Source of the DNA: Candidatus Heimdallarchaeota archaeon
GTDB lineage: Archaea; Asgardarchaeota; Heimdallarchaeia; Heimdallarchaeales; Heimdallarchaeaceae
NCBI GenBank assembly: GCA_019057815.1
Contig: JAHLWR010000012.1
Location: 32,001-96,000, forward strand
Direction: 5' to 3'
DNA: 64,000 bases
Notes under the pieces: model-generated
Seen by the model: only the letters and a program-made list of their open reading frames with translations
Told to the model about the DNA's origin: nothing
Databases searched by the model: none
Position numbers and translations under genes: made by a program
Part shown: one piece after another, positions 30,115 to 40,151 of the stretch
Layout of the letters: every line of letters starts with the position of its first letter
Position numbering within the stretch: the first letter of the stretch is position 1

Positions 30115-31395
30115 TCAAGATTTATCAGTTTCTCTTAAATATCTACACACATCTTTGTATGCTTTCTCTTCAAGATTCTTTAGTAACACACTTTTTTTCT
30201 CTTGTAGATATTCTTCAATGTAAGGAACTGTGGTTTTTCCTAAATGCAGTTTCTTCCTTTCTAAATCATCCATTTCTAAAAGATCTTTTGTATACGTATT
30301 TAGAAAATTAGCAGTTTGATTCAACTCTCGTATTTCTAATTTTGAGCTTTTAACAAAGAATCTTTTAAGATATTCGATTCTATGCAATAATTCAGATAGC
30401 TTAAGATTAGTTCTAATTCTCCCTTCTGGAACATATCGCTTAGCTGTGTAATCTATCTCTAATTCATGTCCTTTTTTATATCCCTTAATCTCTGGCCATA
30501 TTAACCCCATTTCCTTGAATTTCTCATAATCCAAATTGCCATATTTATTGTTATTTCCATATAACAGCTCATATTTTGGTAATAAATCAGGAAAATGTTC
30601 TTTGACTGTATTCATGAATTCATTTTTATTCTTTCCTGGTTTTAATGTAAGACCCCAACAATAAACGAATTCTGCTCCTACATCTTTTGCTGTTTTGTAA
30701 ATTGCATTCATATTTTCATCTGTATCACCTAAAAATGGTAGAGTGGGATAGAAATAGATCCCTGAATGAATCCCTTCTTCTCTTAGTATCTCTATTGCTT
30801 CGAATCGTTCTTGAGAAGTACTAGCTCTTGGTTCGAATATCTTCTGCTCTTTTTCATCATTTAATGTTATTGTAAAGCTTGCACACGCATAACTTTCTTC
30901 ATTGATTTTTTTAAGAAGATCTAAATCCCGTAGAATGAGATGGCTTTTTGTCAGAAAATAGACAGGAAACTTGTAGTCATACGCTATCTGTAGAAGCTTC
31001 CTAGTCATTTTTACTTCCTTTTCAGCTGGCTGGTAGACATCACAGACTCCTCCTCCAATAAACAAAACGAATTTACCAGGTTGATTTGAACTAGCTGAAT
31101 CTCGTAAAGAGGGAAAGAAGTCGACTAAAGTGGAAGTCCTTTCGCGTTTTGAAGGAAAAAAACCTTTTTTCTTAAGATACTGTTCGAGTAATTGAGGAGC
31201 GTTAATCTTAACTTTTATGCGATTGGCAAAATCATCGTGCATGTAATAACCTTCAGATTTACCATCACAATATTTGCAATCATGGAAACATCCTTGATAA
31301 GGATTGAGATATGCTTCTGACCAAGAGAAGAGCGATGTTCTTGAAGTTCGTATTAATGATTTTGCTTCATACTCTTCAATTATCATTATAACCAC
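30115..31395 (-). CDS. Radical SAM protein (SplB/Rv2578c-like)
   Basis: Motifs NPYQGCFHDCKYC, DVYQPAE, LTKS and FEPRAST. Confidence 0.85.
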   Translation of the reverse strand: MVIMIIEEYEAKSLIRTSRTSLFSWSEAYLNPYQGCFHDCKYCDGKSEGYYMHDDFANRIKVKINAPQLLEQYLKKKGFFPSKRERTSTLVDFFPSLRDSASSNQPGKFVLFIGGGVCDVYQPAEKEVKMTRKLLQIAYDYKFPVYFLTKSHLILRDLDLLKKINEESYACASFTITLNDEKEQKIFEPRASTSQERFEAIEILREEGIHSGIYFYPTLPFLGDTDENMNAIYKTAKDVGAEFVYCWGLTLKPGKNKNEFMNTVKEHFPDLLPKYELLYGNNNKYGNLDYEKFKEMGLIWPEIKGYKKGHELEIDYTAKRYVPEGRIRTNLKLSELLHRIEYLKRFFVKSSKLEIRELNQTANFLNTYTKDLLEMDDLERKKLHLGKTTVPYIEEYLQEKKSVLLKNLEEKAYKDVCRYLRETDKS

Positions 31396-31516
31396 TTTAC
31401 CTTTTCTTCTTACAATAGTTTTGAATATTTAAGAGCTTATTCTATACAAATGAGGAGTTATAAAATGCTAGCTATTTACACTATTGATAAACTTGCTTAA
31501 AAATAGTCTAAATAGT

Positions 31517-32095
31517 TTAATAATCGTCCGATTCTAGTTTTTCTTTCTTGTCTTTGATGACAATCTGTTCAACCAATCTTGTGAAAACAATATCAACATT
31601 TTCTCCTGTTAAAGCTGAAGTTTCGATGTATGGGACCTCATATCCCGACCAAACACTCAATTCTTCAGCGTATTGTTTTCCATATTTAGGAAGCATCGTT
31701 TCTTTGTTACTTCGAAGATCTACTTTATTTCCAATCAAAACAATTGGTAATCTTTTATTCTTATTGTTACTTACTAATTCTGCAATCCAGTTAGGTAGTA
31801 ATCTGAATGTTTCAATTCTTGTTAAGTCGAATAAAACAAGAGCACCTCTACAGCCTCTATAGTAAGCTTTACGAATGTCTTTGAACAAAGGTTGACCTGC
31901 AAGATCCCAAATAAGCAAATTATATTGGATATTGTTCAAGCTGATTTTTTTAGAAGCGAAATCTGATCCCATGGTTAGAATATAGTCTTCTTTGAAAGTT
32001 TCACCTAAAAACGTCCGTCTTAGAGAGGTTTTACCTACACTACCTTCACCAAGCAAGGCTAGCTTGAATTTGTATTGAATCAATATTAACACCAA
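31517..32095 (-). CDS. Rab-like small GTPase
   Basis: G motifs GEGSVGKT, WDLAGQ, NKVD and ETSAL. Also YYRG. Confidence 0.93.
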   Translation of the reverse strand: MVLILIQYKFKLALLGEGSVGKTSLRRTFLGETFKEDYILTMGSDFASKKISLNNIQYNLLIWDLAGQPLFKDIRKAYYRGCRGALVLFDLTRIETFRLLPNWIAELVSNNKNKRLPIVLIGNKVDLRSNKETMLPKYGKQYAEELSVWSGYEVPYIETSALTGENVDIVFTRLVEQIVIKDKKEKLESDDY

Positions 32096-32172
32096 GCAAT
32101 TTTCAAATATTCTTATATTTAGCTAAATAAAGAGTTTTTGGCTTTAATTAGTGAATTAAGCTATTTTCAAAA

Positions 32173-32739
32173 CTATCGCGATTCAATCTCATCTTCATAA
32201 GTTTGCTTCATCAATTGCTCGGTTAGAGTCTTAAAAGCAGGTTCAACATTATCACCATTTTGAGCAGAAGTTTCGATATAAGGGATTTTAAAGCCACTCC
32301 AGATACTAAGTTGCTCAGCGTAATCTTCTCCAAAACTACTTGGGATAGTTTTTATAATAGAACCTCTTAAATCTGATTTATTGCCTACAAGAACCATAGG
32401 TATTTTTTTATTTTTATTATTATTTAGTAGAAGTTCCTCTATCCATGAAGCAAGCATTTGAAAGGTATCACCTCTAGAAAGATCAAAAACCAGTAAAGCG
32501 CCTTTAGTTCCCCTATAGTACGCTTCTCTAACCTCTTTAAACCTAGTTTGACCTGCAAGATCCCAAATAACAATAGTGTATTCAACATTATCAAGGATGA
32601 TTCTTTTTGTAGCAAAGTCAGCCCCAATTGTCATAGCATAAGATTTCTCAAATGACTCTCCTAAATATTGTCTACGAAGACTAGTTTTTCCAACAGCGCC
32701 TTCACCAAGCAAAGTAACCTTGAACAATTTATGTTCCAT
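32173..32739 (-). CDS. Rab-like small GTPase
   Basis: Motifs GEGAVGKT, TIGADF, WDLAGQ, NKSD and ETSAQ. Confidence 0.93.
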   Translation of the reverse strand: MEHKLFKVTLLGEGAVGKTSLRRQYLGESFEKSYAMTIGADFATKRIILDNVEYTIVIWDLAGQTRFKEVREAYYRGTKGALLVFDLSRGDTFQMLASWIEELLLNNNKNKKIPMVLVGNKSDLRGSIIKTIPSSFGEDYAEQLSIWSGFKIPYIETSAQNGDNVEPAFKTLTEQLMKQTYEDEIESR

Positions 32740-32919
32740 ATAAACACCCTACTTCTACTGTAAATTGTCAATCAATAATAAGTAGGACAGTCATAATATA
32801 TAAATTTTTGTTCATTACAAAGATGCAAAAAAACCTGTAAAAAATACTACTATTAAAAATAAATACATATTGAACATACATATGAAAAAGAATATTAATA
32901 CAAGATAAAAATTAATCAC

Positions 32920-33393
32920 GTGTCACAGAATGTTAACAGTGAAAATCTTGAGTCTTGCATTGAGTCAGGCCAATCTAATTGCATCAGAGATTTTTGCCTT
33001 GAGTATATTGACAATTGTGATTTTTCTAGTAGCTATCAAATTGATGAAGTCTGTACAAAAGGTAATACTAAACTCTTCTGTGGATATTTTAAAGGAGTTT
33101 ATGGTCTAATAGAAATAGAAAATATTGGATTATATCCTATAGAAGTTGAACATATAGAAAGCCATCTTATTCCAGGTATTAGAGAAAGGATACAACATCT
33201 TCCAAGAAGAAAAGGGATGGATAACTTCAATTATGAGACAACTGCAAATGGAATAGTAATCCGTTTTTACGTAATTGTGAGCGGTGATAGACCAATAAAA
33301 GAAGAGCTGGTTAAGTTAGTTGATGATCTATCTCCAGCACTTGAATTTTTAACAAAATATATAGAAGGAGTAATAATTAGGAGAGATAAATAA
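32920..33393 (+). CDS. Hypothetical protein
   Basis: 157-aa ORF with a Cys-rich N-terminus. Confidence 0.6.
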   Translation: MSQNVNSENLESCIESGQSNCIRDFCLEYIDNCDFSSSYQIDEVCTKGNTKLFCGYFKGVYGLIEIENIGLYPIEVEHIESHLIPGIRERIQHLPRRKGMDNFNYETTANGIVIRFYVIVSGDRPIKEELVKLVDDLSPALEFLTKYIEGVIIRRDK

Positions 33394-33487
33394 AAACAGC
33401 TTACATATCACAAGTCCAATTTCACAATAGAGCAAAGTGAAAACTCTAGTGATTAAGAGATTAATGTTTAGATTACAGATTTACACA

Positions 33488-33622
33488 TCATCTGGAAGTA
33501 AATTGAGATATCTTATCACTTCCTATTAATATCTCCTCTTTAATTTCACTTCCTACCACTTCATCAACGCATCTAGAAAAATTTTTTAGCCAGTATTTAT
33601 CAAAATCGAAATCTTCTGACAT
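33488..33622 (-). pseudogene. Truncated DUF6144-like paralog (44 aa)
   Basis: MSEDFDFDKYWLKNFSRCVDEVVGSEIKEEILIGS resembles the N-terminus of 33648..34421. Confidence 0.65.
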
Positions 33623-33647
33623 TTTTCTTCTTCCCCGTTAAAAGCTT

Positions 33648-34421
33648 CTATTCCTCTTCTTTTTTAATATCCTTTGGTAAATGAATAATAAAATCACATG
33701 TGTTATCTCCGTTAAGAATCGACTTCACCATTTCTATTTCCAATGGTTGTTGAACAATTCTTTCCCAGAATTTCTTATAGAATCCTCCACTACATTCGCA
33801 GAATAATGGTGAAACATCTACACCTGTGTTGATTGAGTTTCTTATCCATGGACAGTGACAATACAATTTTCTTTTTTCCTTCTCATCATTAGTTTGATTG
33901 TATTCTGTAGAAGAATGAGGTACTTTTTGTATGTAGATTTTACTCCCTTTTCTTACGCCTGATTCAATTAAAGGATTATTCTTAACTAATTCTAGCGTTT
34001 TTGCATCAACATTCCAGAATCCTTCTTCATGAGCTTTTTTATGTAGTTTGACTGTGATAGTATGGTTAAGTTTTAGTACTTCATCTATATCTTTTGTTTC
34101 GTTAAACTTTTCTGATAATTGATCGAAGATTGGACCAGTGAGTAAACACCCACAATCATTCAGAATTCCCTTTCTTTTAATATAATCTTCAATTGACGTT
34201 TCAAGTCGTTCCATTGCACCTTTAAGCCATCGAGCTTTTTCTTCAGGAAGGGATTTATTAGAAAGATGACTCCATTCACCCATTATTTCTGTTCTTAATT
34301 TTTCACCAACTTCTTCATCTAGATGTTTTGAGAATCTATCCTCTAACCACATCTTTATGAAATCTTTATCTTTTGAAACACCTTCTTCACCAAAATCTTC
34401 TTCTGTAATCATAATCACCAT
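33648..34421 (-). CDS. DUF6144-like (V4R-related, Cys-containing) protein
   Basis: Motifs CGC, YCHCPW, FCECSGGF and SILNGDNTCDF. Confidence 0.75.
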   Translation of the reverse strand: MVIMITEEDFGEEGVSKDKDFIKMWLEDRFSKHLDEEVGEKLRTEIMGEWSHLSNKSLPEEKARWLKGAMERLETSIEDYIKRKGILNDCGCLLTGPIFDQLSEKFNETKDIDEVLKLNHTITVKLHKKAHEEGFWNVDAKTLELVKNNPLIESGVRKGSKIYIQKVPHSSTEYNQTNDEKEKRKLYCHCPWIRNSINTGVDVSPLFCECSGGFYKKFWERIVQQPLEIEMVKSILNGDNTCDFIIHLPKDIKKEEE

Positions 34422-34620
34422 TTAGTCTTTCCTGATCTATCTTTGTTGTCTAATTCTTAGAAATGCTACAATAAGAAAAGTTGAAACATTTATTTACTTT
34501 ATCTCCAACAATAAATTATTATTCTTATTTTATGAGAACGATACTTATCTTAAGATAAAAGCGGCTATGTTGCGAAATACTTGCGTTTATTAGAAAAAAA
34601 GAAATGAGAAGAAAAAGAAA

Positions 34621-34658
34621 TATTCTGAAATAGGGAAATAGATACCAAATAAATTTTT
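34621..34658 (-). repeat. Diverged copy of the last codons of gene 35319..36233
   Basis: TATTCTGAAATAGGGAAATAGATACCAAATA versus TATTCTGAAATGGGGAAATAGATATCAAATA at 35320. Confidence 0.75.
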
Positions 34659-34791
34659 TTCTTTTTCTTAAAGTGAATACACTAATTAGTGCTAGGAGCA
34701 CTGAATAAATGATTGTATATAGAATATAATGAAAACACAAATAAAAAATTACTCATTACTTCAAAATGTTTCTAACTAATTTTAAATTAAG

Positions 34792-35274
34792 CTAGCTAGT
34801 TCTTTTTATCGTAAAATTACAGCTCTTTCCTCCTCTTAACACTGTTTGATTGATTTCCACCTCAACTTCATTACCAAAAATAGTTTCGAAGTTTTCTTTT
34901 AACCAATTTATTGAACAGTTGCATAATATTGGTGAATCAGTCAATTCAAGAGCTACTAATGGACAATAGCATTTATTGTAAGAAGCTGAAATTTCTTTAT
35001 CAGAAATCTTGGTATATATTTCTGAACCCATTTTTTCGTTTAAAACTTTGATTAATTTATCCATATCTCCTTCTACTTCTTTCCAAGTATCTTCAAATAA
35101 TGTTTTTGCATGAGCTTGAGCACATGCTCGACCTGACATTTCAAGAATTTGTTTTCTAGTTTTTTCATCATCAATTTTTTTAATACCTTCCATTAAACCA
35201 TTAATCCAAGAGCTAATAAAATCTTTAACCCAAATATCCCATTCAGATACTTGTTCATCTTCATTCATAAGCAT
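34792..35274 (-). CDS. DUF6144-like protein
   Basis: Motifs GRACA, KCYCPLV, LCNCS and TVLRGGKSCNF. Confidence 0.75.
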   Translation of the reverse strand: MLMNEDEQVSEWDIWVKDFISSWINGLMEGIKKIDDEKTRKQILEMSGRACAQAHAKTLFEDTWKEVEGDMDKLIKVLNEKMGSEIYTKISDKEISASYNKCYCPLVALELTDSPILCNCSINWLKENFETIFGNEVEVEINQTVLRGGKSCNFTIKRTS

Positions 35275-35318
35275 GTATAGAATGATAATATTATATATTT
35301 TTTGTAAAAAAAAAGGAA

Positions 35319-36233
35319 TTATTCTGAAATGGGGAAATAGATATCAAATAGTATTTTTTCTCCATCTCCTTCTTTGTTTGTGTTTTGTTCAAGACATTGA
35401 TGAGATGCTAAGTTGTATTTATTGCTCTCTTTCACCCAATCATAGAGATTTTTCCAAACTTCTCCAAGTTTATGAACTCCTTTACATCTAGATACGACAT
35501 ATAGGCTTCCTTCGAATTCTTTTATGTTAATATCGTCGTCTACTTCAAAGTCTAGAGGTAAAGAAACCCAAAACTCATAACCATAAGGATTGTCTTTGTC
35601 TACAAGAAATTCTTTTGTCTCTTTGATATATTTAGGATCAGGGTTATTAAATCCAAAGATCTTGAATTTAGGATCTTCGAATATTCCTCTAGGTTTAGCC
35701 CAGTTTCCTAGTTTTTTAGATGCTTTTTCCTCTGGGTTTCCTAAAAATTCCCCCATCGCATGAAATGATGCTACTTTCATAGATGGTAATTTCACAATTC
35801 TAAATTGTTCGCTTTCGTTCATTTTTATCCCACTGCTAGTATTTGTATATCTTTGAATCATCGCTTCATAGCGACGACTTATAGCTTCCAACCTTTGTTG
35901 TTCTCTCATTTTAATTTCTAAGAAAACTTTTGATGACGATCTTAAGATATCTTCTCCATCTTCAGAAACTCTGTATAGTCCTCGGTCTATTTTTTCAACT
36001 AACACTTTTTCGAGTAGTTGATTAAGATGGTTAGCTAGAGTTGTTTTAGGTATATTCATCTCATCTTGAAGGTTCTTGAATTCCTTTTCTTCTACTAGAA
36101 GCCGTGCAAGGATTTCAAGACGGATAGGGTTATCTAGTGCTTTATGAAGGTCAGCTAATTCTTGAAGAGATTCAAGAACAAATAGTTTAAGGTCATATTT
36201 CGAATTCAAAGGCTGGTCACTCATGATAACCAC
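35319..36233 (-). CDS. ArsR-type wHTH plus GyrI-like effector-binding regulator
   Basis: Motifs KALDNPIRLEIL, TLANHLNQL, FGFNNPDP and YGYEFWV. Confidence 0.82.
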   Translation of the reverse strand: MVIMSDQPLNSKYDLKLFVLESLQELADLHKALDNPIRLEILARLLVEEKEFKNLQDEMNIPKTTLANHLNQLLEKVLVEKIDRGLYRVSEDGEDILRSSSKVFLEIKMREQQRLEAISRRYEAMIQRYTNTSSGIKMNESEQFRIVKLPSMKVASFHAMGEFLGNPEEKASKKLGNWAKPRGIFEDPKFKIFGFNNPDPKYIKETKEFLVDKDNPYGYEFWVSLPLDFEVDDDINIKEFEGSLYVVSRCKGVHKLGEVWKNLYDWVKESNKYNLASHQCLEQNTNKEGDGEKILFDIYFPISE

Positions 36234-36438
36234 ATTTAGAATTATTATAAACCTAGGTCGTAGAACACTGGAATTCTGGTATTCTGGAATTTATGAACAT
36301 TGTAATATATATATTACAAATAATAAACTTTATGCGGATATTTTTGGTCAAACTAAATACTTTTATTGACTTCTTAAAAACTACGAGCGATGAAAAAAGG
36401 GTTTATTATAATTCCTTTTAATTGTCAAGAAGTGTGTT

Positions 36439-37674
36439 GTGATTAATATGCATGAAAAAGTCAGTGAATCTGCAGAAGAAAACAAGAAAATTATTAAGAG
36501 ATTGATAAAAAGGTTACATGAGGGAGAAGATCCTGCTAAAGTCAAAGAAGAGTTCAAAGAAGTAATGAAAGGACTTACTCCACTTCAAATCTCACAAGCT
36601 GAAGAATTATTAGTAAAAGAAGGAATGCCAGCAGAAGAGATGTATCACATGTGTGATGCACATCTGGCTGTTTTAGAAGAATCATTGAACGATGACATAA
36701 ACATAGCTCCTGAAGGACATCCAATTAACATTCTTATGCAAGAACATACAATGGTTTCAAAATTTGCAAATGAATTAAGGGAGTTAGCTTTAGATGTTAA
36801 GGATAAGCAATCATTTACAGAGATAGTAAAGGAAAAATGGGATAAAATTGTAAGCATTGTTAATCACCTTAAAGCTTCAAAAAGTCATTACTTACGCGAA
36901 GAAAATGTTCTTTTTTCCTATCTAGAAAAACATGGTATCACACAACCTCCCAAAATTATGTGGATGGAACATGATAAAATAAGAGAAACAGAAAAAGATT
37001 TATTCTCACTTATTGATAACAGAGAAAATTCTGATTTCAAAGATTTCACAGATAAACTATATACTAATGCGCATAGTTTAGCAGAGCTTCTTGTAGGACA
37101 CTTCTCAAAAGAAAATAAGATATTATTTCCAACAGCTTTACAAGTATGCTCTGAAAAGGAATGGAAAGAAATAAGAGAACAATTTGATGAAATAGGTTAT
37201 TGTTGTTTTACTCCAGAACTACCAAAACTTGAGACAATCGAGGAGCAAAAAGTTCCATTAGCAACAAAAGATAACAATCTGATCGATTTTGGCACAGGAA
37301 CTCTAACAATTGATCAACTAAAAATGATTTTTGAACATCTTCCTATAGATATAACATTTGTTGGAAAAGATGATACAGTTAAATTTTACAGTGAAGGACC
37401 TAAAAGAGTATTTGTTAGAACGCCATCAGTAATTGGCAGACATGTGTCCAATTGTCATCCAAATAAGAGTGTAGATAAAGTTTTAGAAATAGTTGAAGGA
37501 TTCAAAGAAAAAACTCTTGATTCAGCAGAATTTTGGTTAGAAGTTGGAGGAAGAATGATCTTCATTCGCTATTTCCCTGTTAGAAACAAAGAAGGGGAAT
37601 ATCAAGGTGTGCTAGAAGTTACGCAAGATATAACAGAAATAAGAAAAATAGAAGGAGAAAAAAGACTCCTCTAA
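36439..37674 (+). CDS. DUF438 / hemerythrin / PAS domain protein
   Basis: Motifs MCDAHLA, HYLREENVLF, MWMEHD and NCHPNKS. Confidence 0.85.
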   Translation: MINMHEKVSESAEENKKIIKRLIKRLHEGEDPAKVKEEFKEVMKGLTPLQISQAEELLVKEGMPAEEMYHMCDAHLAVLEESLNDDINIAPEGHPINILMQEHTMVSKFANELRELALDVKDKQSFTEIVKEKWDKIVSIVNHLKASKSHYLREENVLFSYLEKHGITQPPKIMWMEHDKIRETEKDLFSLIDNRENSDFKDFTDKLYTNAHSLAELLVGHFSKENKILFPTALQVCSEKEWKEIREQFDEIGYCCFTPELPKLETIEEQKVPLATKDNNLIDFGTGTLTIDQLKMIFEHLPIDITFVGKDDTVKFYSEGPKRVFVRTPSVIGRHVSNCHPNKSVDKVLEIVEGFKEKTLDSAEFWLEVGGRMIFIRYFPVRNKEGEYQGVLEVTQDITEIRKIEGEKRLL

Positions 37675-37829
37675 GTTTTTTTCTTTATGGTTGGTTTTTT
37701 CAAGATAATCCTTATTTAAACAATCTACCTCAAGTGCAAGACATGTTCAGTTTTTTGAATAAAGTACTTTTTTGGTTATTTAGCAACATTTTTTATAGTT
37801 AAATTTTTTTTATATTCGAGCTAGTTAAT

Positions 37830-38333
37830 ATGAAAAAAATGACTGAAGAAAATCTAAAATCAGCATTCGCAGGCGAAAGTCAAGCTTCTATGAAGTACAC
37901 TCTTTTTGCAGATATTGCGGAAAAAGCTGGAAAAACAAATATTGCTAAACTTTTCAGAGCTACCGCTTACGCTGAACGAATTCATGCCATGAACCATTTG
38001 AAAGTTCTTAAAGGGATAAATGATTCATCTGAAAATTTGCTTTTAGCAATTAACGGAGAAAAATTTGAAATTGAAGAGATGTACCCTGCATATATTGCTG
38101 TTGCAGAAGAACAAAGTGAGGAAAAAGCTACTCGAACATTTAGATGGGCTCTAGAAGCTGAAAAAGTTCATAGTGAACTTTACATAGAAGCTAAAGAAGC
38201 TGTAGATGATGATAAAGACATTGATATAAACAAAGTCTATATATGTCCTGTATGTGGATGGACACACGTAGGAGAACCTATAGATAAGTGTCCTATTTGT
38301 GGTCTTAAATTCGAGAGATTTAAGGAATTCTAA
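37830..38333 (+). CDS. rbr: Rubrerythrin
   Basis: Motifs AFAGESQA, ERIHA, EKVH and CPVCG...CPICG. Confidence 0.92.
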   Translation: MKKMTEENLKSAFAGESQASMKYTLFADIAEKAGKTNIAKLFRATAYAERIHAMNHLKVLKGINDSSENLLLAINGEKFEIEEMYPAYIAVAEEQSEEKATRTFRWALEAEKVHSELYIEAKEAVDDDKDIDINKVYICPVCGWTHVGEPIDKCPICGLKFERFKEF

Positions 38334-38375
38334 TTAACACTTATATATCTAAAGAAAAACATATTATTTACTTAA

Positions 38376-39500
38376 ATGACTAATACAAAATTGAGTCAAG
38401 AGTTGAATTATTTATTAGGTTTGATAAAGGATAAAGAAGTTAGATTCAAAGTTACTATCTCTATTATTCTAGGCCTTGCAGGATTTGGTTTAAACTTCTT
38501 TCCTATTAATTTTTACTTTGAATTTCATAAAGCTAGTTATTTATTTGGTTTAGTTTTTCCAATGGTTGTAGCTCTTGCATGGGGTTGGAAATATGGTTTA
38601 TTGTCAGCAACGCTTGGAATGGGTTGTCAAACAATGTGGTTTCTCTGGTTGGGATCCAGTGGTTATGGACCTTTTGTCTCAGTTCCCCTTTTTACTTTAT
38701 GGGTAGTTTGGCATGGGTGGTACTCTGATCAACGTAGAAAGAAAGAAGTTTTAAATAAAGAAATAAGATGGTTCAATCCTTATCTTGTAGAAATACCTTT
38801 TCGAGCATTTAACACTATTATTCTTTATACTGTCTTTCGATTGATATTTCTTCTAAATCCCGCTCCATGGGCACCAGATTTACCTAGTCAGATTGTTCCT
38901 CTTTCTTTCGTAAATTTTGTTGTTTTGAAGGAAATAATCAATGGTTTCATAACAGTACTAATTGCGGATGTCATTCTAAATTTAGAAATTATCAGAAAAA
39001 TGCTAAAGTTAGAAAGAAAGGAACTTCAGAAAAATACAAATTACATTATCAGTTTTTCAATCTTGTTGGGAATTTTATTATATATATCTGAAACATTTAT
39101 AGTTTATTCACTTGAATATAAAGATCAGATTTCGTTATTAGATTTCTTAGTTTTAGATGTACCGACTGCTCATTTGCTTGTTCGACTTATAACTTTACTT
39201 ACTTGTATGGGTGGAGGATTGCTGATTTCAATTTTCATACGTAAACAACGAGAAAGTGAAGAAGCAGAAAGAAAAGCTTTATCTCAAATCGATAAGAATA
39301 TTGACCAGTTTTCGATTTTAGTGGATCAAATTAGAAACCCATTACAAATCATACTTAGTTCTTTAGAATTAGAAACTGAAAATTTGAAAGATACAATCAT
39401 TACACAATTAAAAACGATAGAAGAAATAATTATACAACTGGATGAAAGAACGCTTGAGTCAAAAAAACTAAAAGATTTTCTACGAAAAGAAATGGGATAA
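38376..39500 (+). CDS. Multi-TM sensor protein with degenerate HisKA-like tail
   Basis: Many TM helices, then DQIRNPLQII. No ATPase domain. Confidence 0.65.
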   Translation: MTNTKLSQELNYLLGLIKDKEVRFKVTISIILGLAGFGLNFFPINFYFEFHKASYLFGLVFPMVVALAWGWKYGLLSATLGMGCQTMWFLWLGSSGYGPFVSVPLFTLWVVWHGWYSDQRRKKEVLNKEIRWFNPYLVEIPFRAFNTIILYTVFRLIFLLNPAPWAPDLPSQIVPLSFVNFVVLKEIINGFITVLIADVILNLEIIRKMLKLERKELQKNTNYIISFSILLGILLYISETFIVYSLEYKDQISLLDFLVLDVPTAHLLVRLITLLTCMGGGLLISIFIRKQRESEEAERKALSQIDKNIDQFSILVDQIRNPLQIILSSLELETENLKDTIITQLKTIEEIIIQLDERTLESKKLKDFLRKEMG

Positions 39501-39603
39501 AAAAATCATAAGGCATTAATATCAAATAGACAAGTTTTATAGTTCTGCTCATGTTTTTTTACAGATTTACATACTCTTTTTAAATAAACTAATATAATTC
39601 TGT

Positions 39604-40089
39604 TTGAGTTTTATGCAAGAGATTAGAAGAAAAGAAAAAGCTATCATAGAAACATTAGAAATGAAAGAAATTCTCTCAAATGCAAAATATATCACCATTG
39701 CTATGTGTAGCAATAACGAGCCCTATTTAGCAACTTTAAGTCATGGTTATGATCCTGATAGTAACGTGATTTATTTTCATTGTGCAAATGAAGGAAAAAA
39801 AATAGACTTTATGAAGAAAAACAAGGTCGTTTGGGGGCAAGCACTAATTGATAAAGGCTATGTTCCTGGAAAATGTGACCATCTATACGCAACTACTCAA
39901 TTTCGTGGGAAGGTTTCCTTTATCAACGATTTTGAAGAGAAAAAGAATGTTCTAATTAATATGATAAGGAAACTTGAAGACAATCCTAAAGAAGTAATCA
40001 ACGAACAAATAACAGAAAAAGCTGTTAAGCGCGTCTGTGTAGGAAAAATAATAATAGATTATATGAGTGGAAAAGAGTCTAAAGTTTGA
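39604..40089 (+). CDS. Pyridoxamine 5'-phosphate oxidase-like (NimA-type) flavin-binding protein
   Basis: Motifs IRRKEK, EPY and IYFHCANEGKK. Confidence 0.85.
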   Translation: MSFMQEIRRKEKAIIETLEMKEILSNAKYITIAMCSNNEPYLATLSHGYDPDSNVIYFHCANEGKKIDFMKKNKVVWGQALIDKGYVPGKCDHLYATTQFRGKVSFINDFEEKKNVLINMIRKLEDNPKEVINEQITEKAVKRVCVGKIIIDYMSGKESKV

Positions 40090-40151
40090 GAAAATCTCTG
40101 TTTTTAATTCTATTTTTATAAAAAAGAAGAAGTAAAAAGGGATTATAAGGT

